Below are positions 1-11,570 of a stretch of DNA of 64,000 nucleotides, piece by piece. The stretch is from NCBI GenBank assembly GCA_973895155.1, contig OZ316891.1, positions 4,260,018 through 4,324,017 of the forward strand. Reading direction: 5' to 3'. A program made the position numbers and the translations under genes. The stretch is from Marsupella aquatica. Its lineage: Eukaryota > Plantae > Marchantiophyta. How positions within the stretch are numbered: position 1 is the first letter of the stretch; each line of letters opens with the position of its first letter. The notes below the pieces were generated by a model, which saw nothing but the letters and a program-made list of their open reading frames with translations, was not told where the DNA came from and did no database searches.

Positions 1-2171
1 CGGGCAGTCTCGACAACTCTCCTCGTACGATTACAAAGCGGCTGCCATGGACGAAACTCCGGCAACCGAGCCAGAGATCATGCCCGCAGACGAGCCTGGT
101 CCACAACATCTTGGGCTAGCTCACCAAGCAGTGAAATTCGTTAATTCCTGGTGGCACGAAACATGGGTGCTCTCCAGCCGCAATTTTTATAATTTCATCC
201 GAACTAAAACAGTCTTTGTGTCACGTATCGCCATCGTTGTAAGTTATCTAACTCAAGCTAATCAATACAAACAGGCTACAAGTATATATATATACATATA
301 TATATTCCTTCTTGAGCATCCAGAGCTGATAAGTGATCCAGATTATTTGCACCTCTCCAGCGTATTCGGTGAATTGGCACAATAGATTAATGGATTTCAT
401 TTCAAAGCTAAATAACGTTTGAACCTTTTTCAAATCTAGATCATAAAACACATACACTAAAAATTCCTAAGAAGTTAGTTGCAGTTTAATTTGTGACTAA
501 GACGACTGCTGTTCTTCATCTCGATCGACATGATATCATTGATAAATATCCATGAATTACATATGTCTCAAGGTGTTGCCAACCCTTGGAGTAAATTTAG
601 TCTCAATATATCAATGAACTTTAGAACCTCTAGCTATAATTATGCAATTAAGTCTCATTGTGTTCTTAGTGGCTTGCTGATGTGTCGATTCCGATGCCAA
701 TCCGGAGCAGCTGATAACGAGTCTGATCTTGGCGACGCTCTTCTTCAACACGCACAAAAACGAGAAAGGGCTCCGACAGCGCCAAGTCTTCTTTGCCTTC
801 ACGATAGCCATCTTAGTCTTCACATCCACGGAAGCCATGCCTGTGTTCCTCATGGAGAGGCGGATCTTCATCAGAGAGACATCTCGGGGAGCGTACCGGG
901 CGTCGTCCTACGTGCTCTCCTACTCCATCATCGTCCTGCCGTTCATGCTCGTGCTGGCCGTGCTGTGCACCGTGAGCTCGTATTTCGCCGTGGGTCTGGT
1001 GGTAAAGGCGGAGGCCATTTTCTTCTTCGCGCTCGTCATCTTTCTGGTTCTGACCATCGGCAATGCATTCGTCGCATTCCTCAGTGGCTTGGTTCCCAAC
1101 TTCATCACGGGCCTCATCATCTTTGGAGCGACTTCGGCTTACCAATTCCTCTTTAGCGGATTCTTCATTCGCAGGTACCCGGCTTCTGTTTCAATGTCAA
1201 AGAATTAATTGAAGGGTCCAAAATCAAAGTTAGTCCGGTCCTTCATTCTTCAACGTCGCTTGATGAGTGTTCACTGCATGAGTTTTCCTGTGAAGATCCC
1301 TAATTAACAGCTGTTATCTTAAGCATGACTTTGAAACATAAATGCCCCGTCAAAGACAAGTTTGATTTAATTTCCATCCATCAAGCAATTATTTTCAATG
1401 TCCTACCAATTTCAATGGATTCTACGCAATTGAGGACCAGGCTTGCTATGCAGAGTTTGCGAGGGCTGTTCTTAGGGACAACGAGCAATCCATATCGATC
1501 AGCCAGTTTCTAGTCTCCTTTTGTGTGGCGTTTGTGTCATTAAAATGTTGCTGTATCCTTGCTTGCCTGTCTCCATCGTCTTCAAGACCAATTTTGAAAG
1601 GAAATGATCTTCAATAAGCCCTTTTTCTGGGAATTGCCTAGTTCAGAGTACGTGGTTGGTGTTACCCAATACTGATGCCCTCAGCACATAACAATTTGCC
1701 GTGATCTGGGAAATTTCTCTGGAGTACCTAGTCTGCTGTTTCAAAGTGTCATATCCAGGTTTCAAATCCAAACTAAATTCGAAAGCATCTGAGAACCGAT
1801 ACAGTTTCCTGGCGTGACTGAATTGATGGCCCTGAATGGAATAAGTACAAGTTCAAACACAGCTCAGCTGTGGGCAATTCCTTGCCATGTTGTTTTGCAG
1901 GCATGACATCCCCAAGTATTGGCTGTGGCTGCACTACGGCTCCTTCTTTAAATATTCATACGAAGCTCTGTTTGTGAACGAGCTCAGGAATATCCCAGGA
2001 CACATCTGGTTTCGCGGGCTCACGTCAGAAAAGATATTGCACAAGGTGGATATGAAGCGAGAGATGGGCAGCCAATGGCTCAATATCCTGTTGTTGACTT
2101 GTTTCTTTGTGGGCTTCCGATTTCTCTTCTACCTTACTCTTCGATTTCAAACTAACAACATCAGAACATAA
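1..2171 (+). CDS. ABCG (WBC/White-type) half-size ABC transporter, 3' part; exons ~<1-238, 711-1174, 1901-2171
   Basis: ABC2 membrane-domain motifs KFVNSWWHETWVLSSRNF, ERRIFIRETSRGAYRASSYVL, FLFSGFFI, IPKYWLWLHYGSFFKYSYEAL. GT donors at 239 and 1175 and AG acceptors before 711 and 1901 join the exons in frame. The 5' end lies outside the window. Confidence 0.9.
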
Positions 2172-2569
2172 TTCTAGTAATTTAACATGCATGTACGTGC
2201 AATCTGCTGAGAGATGACCTCACTACTGAAAGATGACCCAGAATAACAACATTTCATTCTCAAGAACTGAGAAAACCTTTTTGTACAAAAGAACTCGAGA
2301 TAGAACTGGCATTTTTAGATGCGGGATTTAAAGTCAGATTTGATTGATCGAAGTTGCGACTCAATATTAGGGGTTTTACAAACACAATCAAATTATTTTC
2401 TGTCGACCCTAAAAAAGCATGAGACGTCTCATGGGTCTCTAGGGTTTATGGAGTGTAAATCATTTATTAATACATTTAGATAGTCATGAAGTTACCTAAG
2501 TTTTCAAAGATGGTTGGGTTCCACACGGGTTAGGCTGCATAACCAACTCGCTTTGGTCGGTTGTCCAAG

Positions 2570-2800
2570 GGATTAGCCTAGATGGCCAAGGAATTAGCCT
2601 AGAACCAGGAGCTCCCACTTCAAATCCCCCTATACATGTAAGGGTTGTAGAAGTATGTATGTGGGTAAGGTGCAGTGGGAATCCTGGTTTGTCCTTAGCC
2701 CCTGGCTGGTTAGCTTTTGGGCTCTGGTTCAACCTCCTCTCCGTCTTGGTACAGGTACCTGTAGGATCCCTGGGTATGACCCCCTAGTGGGTTACCCTAC
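2570..2800. repeat. Dispersed repeat, inverted copy of ~60350-60735
   Basis: The reverse complement matches the 60.4-60.7 kb region (gtagggtaacccactagggggtcata vs gtagggtagcccacaagggggtcata). Both copies give the same spurious ORF start MNQSPKA. Confidence 0.7.
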
Positions 2801-4230
2801 GGAGGTGCAGGCTCCTAAGTAGATTGTGTATTATCTGCTGGAGTCAGCTTCTGGTGCAAGGCAAAAAAAAAGCATGGGTTAGGCGGCGTGGGTCACTTGG
2901 CCTGTGACTATCAAAGTCATGCAAAATAACATAAGAAGTCTGATCCATGGCTTTCTGCCCTTTAGAACTGTTCACCCTACTTTGGCTCACAGCCCTTCAA
3001 ATATTAACCACAATTAAAGATGATTTTAATTAACTCAACATGTTGGGTTAACCCACATCAGCCAACATCTTTGCTGCTTTTTTGCATTCCAACATTCAGG
3101 GGAATTCAGGGGTCGGCGGTGGTCGAGGTTGTATGAATTCACGAGCCAAAAGGGCTATGATGAACAACTAAATAGGCACAGAATTTAGAATTGTGCTTTC
3201 TGGCAAACTAAGGATGCACGCTTTGTTTAAGTTTCAGTTTACATTCACTGGAACACGGATCCGAAATTTAGTCTCTTGAGATTGGAGTAGTCACATGAAT
3301 CATTGCAATGCCAATGACTGGAATCTGAGCAAATGCACGAATGACTAATCTTTTTATCGATTTGCTGTACTTCTAGGAAAGTAGAGTAATTTGCAAGATC
3401 TCTTCTACAACAGAACTGTACTCAACAGCATTATACTCATATGCGCCCCAAACACAAACATTTTTGGAGCATTGGTTCAACTGAGCCAATTTTCACCCAT
3501 CCCGTGTATCAGATCCCGTTGTTGAGTTGCGGCCCGGCGAATGCAATGCATCATTCTCCATCACGGACAATGTCCAACATCAACAAGCCCAATAGCTTTT
3601 GGAATCAAGACTATTTTTGTATCATCTCGCGGGAGAAATAAATCGAAGATCTTCTCCGTACCAAATCTCAGATACGTCATATATTCTTACCTGCTCTTAT
3701 ATTGTGCCATCGGTCGTCGACTCGGAAAAACATGGAACCAGCTAGAGTCCCCCAAAAACCGTCCAGGGTCAGCTAACCGCCTGACATCGATCTGTAAAGA
3801 ATTTAGACTCTAAATCTTAACCCCGTTTAATTGATACGAACCACGTACAGCTAGCAGAGAGCACACCCTGGCCTGCTGGGTGCCAATTCTGACCATGAAT
3901 GAAATATCAAATGACCAGTCCGAATGCGTAGGGTTGTTTATCGTCGTAGCCCTATTTCCTACCCTCAACATGGAGAAGAATTTTTTTCTAAATATAAAAG
4001 AAAATGCACATTCACTTGGGATGAATAAGGGTATATTACAAGAACAGATCGAGGCTGAGAGCTAAAATGTAGACAGAAGAGGAGACTCTTCACAGTCCCT
4101 ATTTAAAAGTTAGCAACCTACACTGTCCACCATAAACAGTGTGACTAAGTAATTAGTGTGACACCAAAACTAGACTGACTCACACATCAAAACTCGAATC
4201 ACACTATTTACTTTGACTAAGTTGTATCGA

Positions 4231-5892
4231 CTACGGTGCAATGGTACCCATCAAACCAGAACCCACGGTGTAGAAGGTCATAGATTGGAGGAACAAAAAG
4301 ACGTAGAAGTGATGCTTTCTGGCGAAGAAGAAATCCGTGGCCGAGCAGAAGAGCAGGTACGTGCCCACAACGATTTCCAAGACATGAATCCTTTCGCCAA
4401 ATTTGAATCCTTTGAGAATGCCCTGAACGGTGGAAATGAAAGTCTTGAAGAGCGATTTCTTCTTCGTATTATTCAGCCCCAAAGCTTCGTTCTTGAGAAG
4501 ACTTCCAAGCTTCTCGGTCACAATCCACTCGTTCACGTTGCCGATCTCCAACAGACCGAGAATGGTCGCCTTCGTCCTGTGCAGTGCCATGACATTCTCG
4601 AAGAGAATTGATAATACGACCAAGTGCAGCGAACGAGGAGTAGCTGTGGCAGTCATGAGGGTGATGAAAGTGGGTACGTAAATCGTTCCCCATAGCGGCA
4701 AATTGCATTCAGGGATGAGCACTGCGGTCGGGATAACGAGGCAGTAGAACACAAACGTGACAATGTGCGCAACGATCTTGCTCACAAGGAAGAATGAGTA
4801 CACTATGTGCAATTTCTTCATCGGTTTCAGCTTCCCACTCGCCAAAATCTGAGGTAAGATCTTCCGGAACAAGTTCGCTGGACCGCATGACCACCGATGT
4901 TGTTGATGACGGTATGCCATGAAAGTACTCGGAAGCTCGCTCTTCAGTCGAAGGTCATCCAGATACACAAATTTCCATCCCTTGATTCCAGCCCTCACAG
5001 CCAGGTCCATGTCCTCCACTGTGGTCCGATCCTTCCACCCTCCGGCCTCGTCCAAGGCGTGAATGCGCCACACTCCAGCCGTGCCATTGAATCCAAAGAA
5101 CGCGTCTGCAGCAGACCTCACCGTTTGCTCGACCTCGAAGTGGAAGTTCAGGGCCATTTCCTGCATCTTCGTCATGAGACATTCATTGCCGTTGACGAAT
5201 TCCCACCGGCCTTGCACGAGCCCTACGTCCCCATTGTGAACGAGATAGGGGATGGTCCTGTGCAGAAAATCCGGCTCAGGTTGAAAGTCCGCATCGAAGA
5301 TGCACACATGCTCGCACATGTGAACATAGCTGTGCTTCATTCCTTCTCGGAGAGCGCCTGCTTTGTACCCAACCCTGGTCTTCCTGATCTCGTATTTGAT
5401 ATTGATTCCCTTATTCGCCCACCTTTGACACTCGGAGTGCACCAGAGCCTGAATCTCAGAATCAGTGGAGTCATCCAGAATTTGGATGATGATGCGGTCT
5501 GCTGGCCAGGCAAGGCCACAGACGGCTTCAATGGAGAGCTTATAGACCTCTCTTTCATTGTACATCGGCACCTGAACCAGCACCATCGGATAGTGGGAAG
5601 TCCTGCGGTCAGCTCCTCCGTCCTCCGTCATGGGTATGAACCTATAGGCTTTGTTTGGCGACCATCTGAAGATCTTGACATAAAGCATCACCATACACAT
5701 GTACAACCTCTCCAGGAAAACCATCGCCACCATGACTAAGCATACGTTGATGGCCAGCTGCAGCACGGGTGCGATGACTGGGGCTCGCAACCTCGTCCAT
5801 AGAATTGCAATGGTTTCAATAGTGTCCTCGTTGGCAGGGTCCACGCTTTGGGTCATGACCCCGCTCCCACTCCCACTCCCAAGACGATCCAT
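4231..5892 (-). CDS. CSLA: Cellulose synthase-like A (glucomannan 4-beta-mannosyltransferase, GT2), intronless
   Basis: 553-aa ORF with PMVLVQVPMYNE, DDSTD, YKAGAL, IFDADFQP, FNGTAGVWR, TVEDMDL, QQHRW and EWIVTEKLG, typical of plant CSLA. Confidence 0.95.
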   Translation of the reverse strand: MDRLGSGSGSGVMTQSVDPANEDTIETIAILWTRLRAPVIAPVLQLAINVCLVMVAMVFLERLYMCMVMLYVKIFRWSPNKAYRFIPMTEDGGADRRTSHYPMVLVQVPMYNEREVYKLSIEAVCGLAWPADRIIIQILDDSTDSEIQALVHSECQRWANKGINIKYEIRKTRVGYKAGALREGMKHSYVHMCEHVCIFDADFQPEPDFLHRTIPYLVHNGDVGLVQGRWEFVNGNECLMTKMQEMALNFHFEVEQTVRSAADAFFGFNGTAGVWRIHALDEAGGWKDRTTVEDMDLAVRAGIKGWKFVYLDDLRLKSELPSTFMAYRHQQHRWSCGPANLFRKILPQILASGKLKPMKKLHIVYSFFLVSKIVAHIVTFVFYCLVIPTAVLIPECNLPLWGTIYVPTFITLMTATATPRSLHLVVLSILFENVMALHRTKATILGLLEIGNVNEWIVTEKLGSLLKNEALGLNNTKKKSLFKTFISTVQGILKGFKFGERIHVLEIVVGTYLLFCSATDFFFARKHHFYVFLFLQSMTFYTVGSGLMGTIAP

Positions 5893-7401
5893 GACGCTGA
5901 TATTCTAGCTATAACGGCATTAGTTGCTGACGCTATTGATGTTTGCAGAGAAAACAAAACTCCATCTTCAATTCCAGATTAGAATTATGTGTGGTCTATC
6001 GTTTGTACGACCGACTACAAGCTGAATGTCATCATGTTCCTTCAAGTCATTCCGATTAACGGGCAGGAAGTTATGTGAATTAAAGCGGATCGTAGTGGAT
6101 CCTCCATGGGAACGCAACCTTTAGCTAAGTTCTGCCACGCAATCCCAAGTCTAATTTACCCAAAAATATCTGAGTCGAGTAGCCCGAGCTGTGCATTCCC
6201 CTCAGCACAAATACTAGCTGTACTCAAGGCGACCTGCAGGGATGCTTGATCAGGTCAGTCAATGCCAGCCTGCTAGGTTGATTTTGAATCAAATGTTGGG
6301 CTAATGTACTTTGGTCCCAGCGTTGGTTAATGTTGACAGTTTAGCCAACCCATCGCGTAAATCGAGCGGTCAAGTGCCTTCCGATCCCTGCTGCCTTCAC
6401 TCCTGGCGGCGTAAACAAGAGTGACTTCGAATCAAATTTTGGGCCGGCCACCACTTTCTGAATCAATTTTTGGGCCACTGTCCTACTGTCCCAGGCTTTG
6501 TGCGATTGGACAACTATTATGGCTGTTACTCTTGGGTTTTATGGCCTCGATCAATTCAAGGCAAACCACTCAGTTTAAGAAGGGGCGAAAAGAGGCAAAG
6601 TACAACGAGAGTCCTTCCCGTGTCCTCTTGTCCTTTTTGGAATAGTTTGGATCAACCACTGGGTTTCGTTGCTTTGGGTCTGTTGCAACTCGATTGAATT
6701 CTCAACTCACGTGCAGTCACAACAAATCTCAAAATTACATGCTCCCACTTGAGATTTGACGATTTTTCTTCCGCTTCAAAAACATCTTATGTTGTAAACA
6801 GCAAAATTCATACCGGCGGCGGATCTCACATATGGGCTGAAGGCCATGTTTGACTTCTCATGGGAACTTGAAAATTCTTCTTGATTCAGTCGAAGTGCTG
6901 CATGAGCGTGCGTCCCAGGTCAGGATGTCATTAATCCGGTCACTTAAGGAGTTGCCTGGAGTGCATCTCTTGATTTTTTCCAGCTCTGGAGACCTGGCAT
7001 TCAAGACGAATGTTCAAATAGACATCCTTTACTACTTGCCGGGAAGTGACCTTCAGCTCCCATGCATGCCAGCAGTGCATCTCTAGATTTCATTCAGTTC
7101 GTTTGACTAGGCAAATGGAATAGACAGCCATCCCTACTACCGATATTTGTACGCAAGAGAATCTTGTGAAGTAGCCATCTGACCGTCCATACATTGGGTA
7201 CATCGTCCTTTTGCAAGCTGCCAGCGGACCACACCTTGTATAATCTCCCAATAATTTATAGATGTTTGTGGGAGACTCCTGAAGTGCTCTCCAAGCATTA
7301 TTTCATTTAACTTTGTTGACCAGGCAAGTTGAATATACATTCTTCTCGAGTATCTTCTTTTGCTGTGAGGGAAGCTTTTGCAGCGGCCATGGGGTCCATT
7401 C

Positions 7402-7625
7402 ATTGGGGCCCTCGTCACTTCCACAGCTGCCAGCACATCACACATTGTAGTCTCCCAATATTAGGTACACCGTGTTACTTTTGGTTAACATCGGGCAAAG
7501 AGATTTGAATATATTGGGGCCCTCGTCACTTCCACAGCTGCCAGCACATCACACATTGTATAGTCTCCCAATATTAGGTACACCGTGTTACTTTTGGTTA
7601 ACATCGGGCAAAGAGATTTGAATAT
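7402..7625. repeat. Near-perfect tandem duplication of ~111 bp
   Basis: attggggccctcgtcacttcc...gagatttgaatat occurs twice head to tail, differing by a 2-bp indel. Confidence 0.9.
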
Positions 7626-8865
7626 ATGTGTGCTATGTCTGAATAGAGGTTAACTGTGGCAGAATAGAAAATTGAATGAGGTAAGTTGCTCAAGGCCACA
7701 TCACAAAGTGGACACAGGCAGGACCAAATGCATTGACTAAAATCTTCAAGATTTACACCATGTCACTAAATTGTTTCTTGGCACATCCGGGAACTTCCAA
7801 TAATGAGCTGGAACTCGGTATGCTTGGAGCATGGAACTGGTATGCTTGGCAGATCGATAGCTTTTCCATCTGGAGAAGTTCAGATTCTTGACCTTGGTGT
7901 CGGAATTGAAGAACAAGTCTTCAAATAGTTCTGCGTGCCTTCCAATCATCTGAAACTTGACTCGCCAGTTGTTCTCGAATCTATTATTTGTTACTAAGTT
8001 ACCCGCATGCAATCTTAACCGTACCCTCCGCTAATGCTACGTCATTCTGGCCATTCAAGTTGGTGTGAGGAGCAAACTTAATAGATACACATTGTATGGG
8101 CAATTGAAGGATAATGCCAAGTTAGTGAATACGACAAACTCGTCATGAAAGTTGTCAACGTCCACATCGGAAAGCCCTCGCTAGTGACGACAGTGCGGAA
8201 AAACGCCGGAGGAGACGTAGTAATGTTTACTCAAACAGGCTCAAAGAATGATTCGATTTGATTTTTGTCAGTTCAAGTTTGAAGGCACTACTTTCACGGT
8301 TGGATGTACACCGACTTGGTCGGATGTACACGACTCGGTTGGATGTACACGATCCTGGTCACAACTGCCAGTAACATCTCGTGACAGATTTTAGTGGTCG
8401 AAGGGATCCATCAGTATGGATATACAAGAGTCTAGCGGTCTCAAACACCTATCTAATCTCGACTGATAGACAACACAAAGTAGGACCCGGTCATTTGTTT
8501 GTGCTGGACAGGACGACGGAACATAGTTACGGAATTTTCAGTTGTGAAGATTTGCATGATTTTGCTCTCCAGTCCTGAGCCTCTGCACTGTCTTGGCCAT
8601 AGCAACTGTCATTTTTGCAATCCCTCCACATTGGTGAGCCATGCAAACTCTGTAGACCTCATGAATAAGGCGACTAGCTCAAGACAAAATATATCACCCA
8701 ATCATCCCAACATTCCTTCCAAGTGAGCTAGATTATTACTCATCCACCTATCACAAAGTTCGAAACGAGTCGACAAAATATATATCTCGTTGTAATCGAG
8801 GCATGTAATCATATACTATGAATTTTACATCTCGTTTTCCAATAATTAATAGGAAAGAGTCACTT

Positions 8866-11088
8866 TTAATCTAACTTGATATCTGAGTAAGCCATCTTTG
8901 CGATTTTACTTTTCCGAACCTGGTTCCATGTACTAACAGCCTTCTCAAGACCTTCTGTGGTAATCAATTGAATTGCTTGTACTCCACGATCCAAGGCATA
9001 GTCTAACTGTAACACCCATAAATGTCAGAGTAAGCCTCGTTTTCGCTTCTCTAATTGGGAGAAAGAGATCAAATGAGTAATACAGCAGGCTCAACTAATT
9101 AGTAAGATGCTTAAACTACTATCAAAAACTGCGCAAAACCTAACCAAATGAATCTGTTAAATAAGTATTGAAAATGCAAAGTAGTAATACCTCCTCCTGC
9201 TCGCGGGCACTAAACTTTTGAAGCACAAACGCCTGAGGATCCATAGAACCAGGCGGTCTCCCTATGCCTGCAGACCCAATCCATAAAGCCGCAACGTGAG
9301 ATTAATGTAGGATAACATACCAACATGACAACTTCTTGAAATAGCTCCTGGATCCAGAGAAGTGCTCCAAAAGCCGAGCTTTGACCATCGACAAACTGAG
9401 CTACCAGGGCTTATTTTTAACGATCGCATGCCATGCTGCAGCAAGCATGAAAATTGATGTTTTGGAGTTCCCTGCATACCGATCCTCATTCGAGCTGTGT
9501 TGCGGTTCCCAATGTGTTGAAGGATACTTTTCATTCTGCAGATACATCACAAAGAATTTGACCACTGTTTAGCACCATGTACAACCTGTCAGATCCCGCT
9601 CGGAATGCTCCCAGTCGCACGATATGAACATCTATATGCAAACCGCCTTCTTTGAGATTACCAAAGAAACAAATTGTACGAGTAAAACTTACCCATTGTG
9701 CCCGCCATGCCCACCTTTGGGCAGCAGCTTCATTACTGCAAATTCCAAGTCAAGATCGTCATAAATCTGCATGACATACACACATGTCAGAATCGTTCCC
9801 AAGCCGAAGAAAGACATTACTCCACAATTCCGTTGCCTAGACATGCGTGCTTCCAGTAGCTGCCCAAAGAATCTCTACTCGAAACAAGAACAGAAGTGAC
9901 AAATGAGCGGGACGAATGAGCGGCATCTAGGATCCCAAATTTGCCGTACTGTGAGTACGCGCTCAGGTGGTATTTTATAGTACGACGCCAAAGGTTTCAC
10001 CTGCCACGGAAAGTCAATTTTGGAGACGTCAATACATCCATGCCATTAGCACTATTCACAAGTGAAGCTCACTTTGCCACGGCATTAACCCGTGCTAGAA
10101 CGTCGTGAAACTGTCCTTTCATTTCCATTAACATGAATTACTCATAGCAATCGTCCAGCGATGTCAAGGCGTCCAAACGAGATCGCCCAAAAATGCAGAG
10201 TTCGGACACGCACCGCTTCGCCACTTAAATTCATGTAGGTTTGGGGTTTAGCAAGTAGCACAGGTGCACCTCCTAATTGCCCTGCACATAAGCTTGCAGA
10301 AAATCATACGGGTAGGTAAATTACGTCAGACTTCTCCAAAGGAATTCAGAAACTACTAGTCAAGATTTAGGGTTTATGGGCAAATTAAAATCATGAGCTA
10401 GTCCACAGGTGTGTACGCGAACAGAGGTTTGACCTTGAAAAGCTGATCCCACAATAAATCTCTGCTATTGTTTTCACACAGATGTAAATTGGAATAATGC
10501 AAAAGTGGTCTCAAAACAGTTTCCGCTCATAAGTAGTTGCCGAGAGTCTGAAGATGAGATTTTAGTAACGACAGGGATTGGTGTACACCATACCTTTTCC
10601 TAGCACAGCCTTGAACTGCACTGTATTAAGCGTTATTCCTCCAGCTCGGGCGATCACATCAATCATTTGAAATCCCACCTGCACGCACAAATAAAGGGAC
10701 AAATCAGCACACTCTGCCCCTTTCAGTATAAGACTCCTTAGAATCAATCCATGATAAATTCACACCCTACAATGCCCAATCAGTTTCGAAAAGTAGGTTT
10801 TAGGAAGATTACGTTATGCCGAGTGCCCTCATACTTCTTGCCAGGGTTTCCAAGGCCCACAAATAACCAGGGCGAGGGCCGGGGAGGGGGAGCAGCCGTC
10901 ACAGCACCGGCACCAGGAGCAGCGGCAGCGGCAGCGGCAGATTCATCTGAGGAAACATTTCGAGTAGACACCAAGCCTTTCGAGGAGGAGCGCCGAGATG
11001 AAGCCACACCCACCAATTTGCCCATCGGTGGAAATTTGCCCATCGGCGGGGGGCGCATGAATGATGCCTGCTGATGAATCTGTATCAT
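8866..11088 (-). CDS. Peptidyl-tRNA hydrolase (organellar PTH/CRS2 family), about 8 exons
   Basis: Exon peptides [20 protein letters not shown] / [10 protein letters not shown] / [15 protein letters not shown] / [11 protein letters not shown] / [16 protein letters not shown] / MKSILQH..RMRIG / [18 protein letters not shown] / [12 protein letters not shown]..., bounded by GT-AG introns. Stop TAA ends at 8866. The N-terminus resembles a transit peptide. Confidence 0.92.
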
Positions 11089-11497
11089 CCCCGCTGCCCT
11101 TCTTCGCTCTGACTGAACTCAGATCTCTCAGAACGAAAGCTGATGTCGCTCACAGCTTCACTTCTTGGCAGGGGCAAACATCCACCACATCTGTCCTTTC
11201 ACAAAACCCTGTACATGGATAGATTGATCTCAGAAAGAAAAGTTGGTGCCCATCACGAGGGAAGGTGCAGAAAGCTCCTGCGAATCAACTTTGCAGTGGT
11301 TTCCAGCCACGGTGTTCCACGAAATGTGGATGAACCCAAAGAGAAAACTCACGCGACTAAACCCCTTCAGAATGGGTGTAACGTGTGGGAGTGATTCACT
11401 CTGTAATTCCCATTGTTAGGAGCTCAGGGTGTAATCTTAGACTTTGGAAAGTTTTTTTGGTTGAAATATGTGAAACCCCACAGAAAGGGAAGAGTAA

Positions 11498-11570
11498 GCC
11501 AGAGGAGTTGAACCCAAGACCTATCAATCTCTATTCAAGTGATTCTGCCAACTATAACTAGAGTGGTGGC
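11498..11570 (-). repeat. Degenerate tRNA-like / SINE-head fragment
   Basis: Minus strand has A-box-like TAGTTATAGTTGG and B-box-like GGGTTCAACTCC at tRNA-like spacing. No intact cloverleaf. Confidence 0.4.

Noticed and set aside
1-2171. Assignment of the ABCG gene as symbiosis transporter STR/STR2
   Set aside because: Motifs are intermediate between STR-type and other WBC clades, and only the 3' half is visible. A phylogeny is needed.
4213-5739. Long plus-strand ORFs (132 and 280 aa)
   Set aside because: Antisense shadows of the CSLA coding sequence.
11498-11570. Functional tRNA gene (also a weaker look-alike at ~40125-40190)
   Set aside because: Only A/B-box-like remnants; stems do not pair into a cloverleaf.
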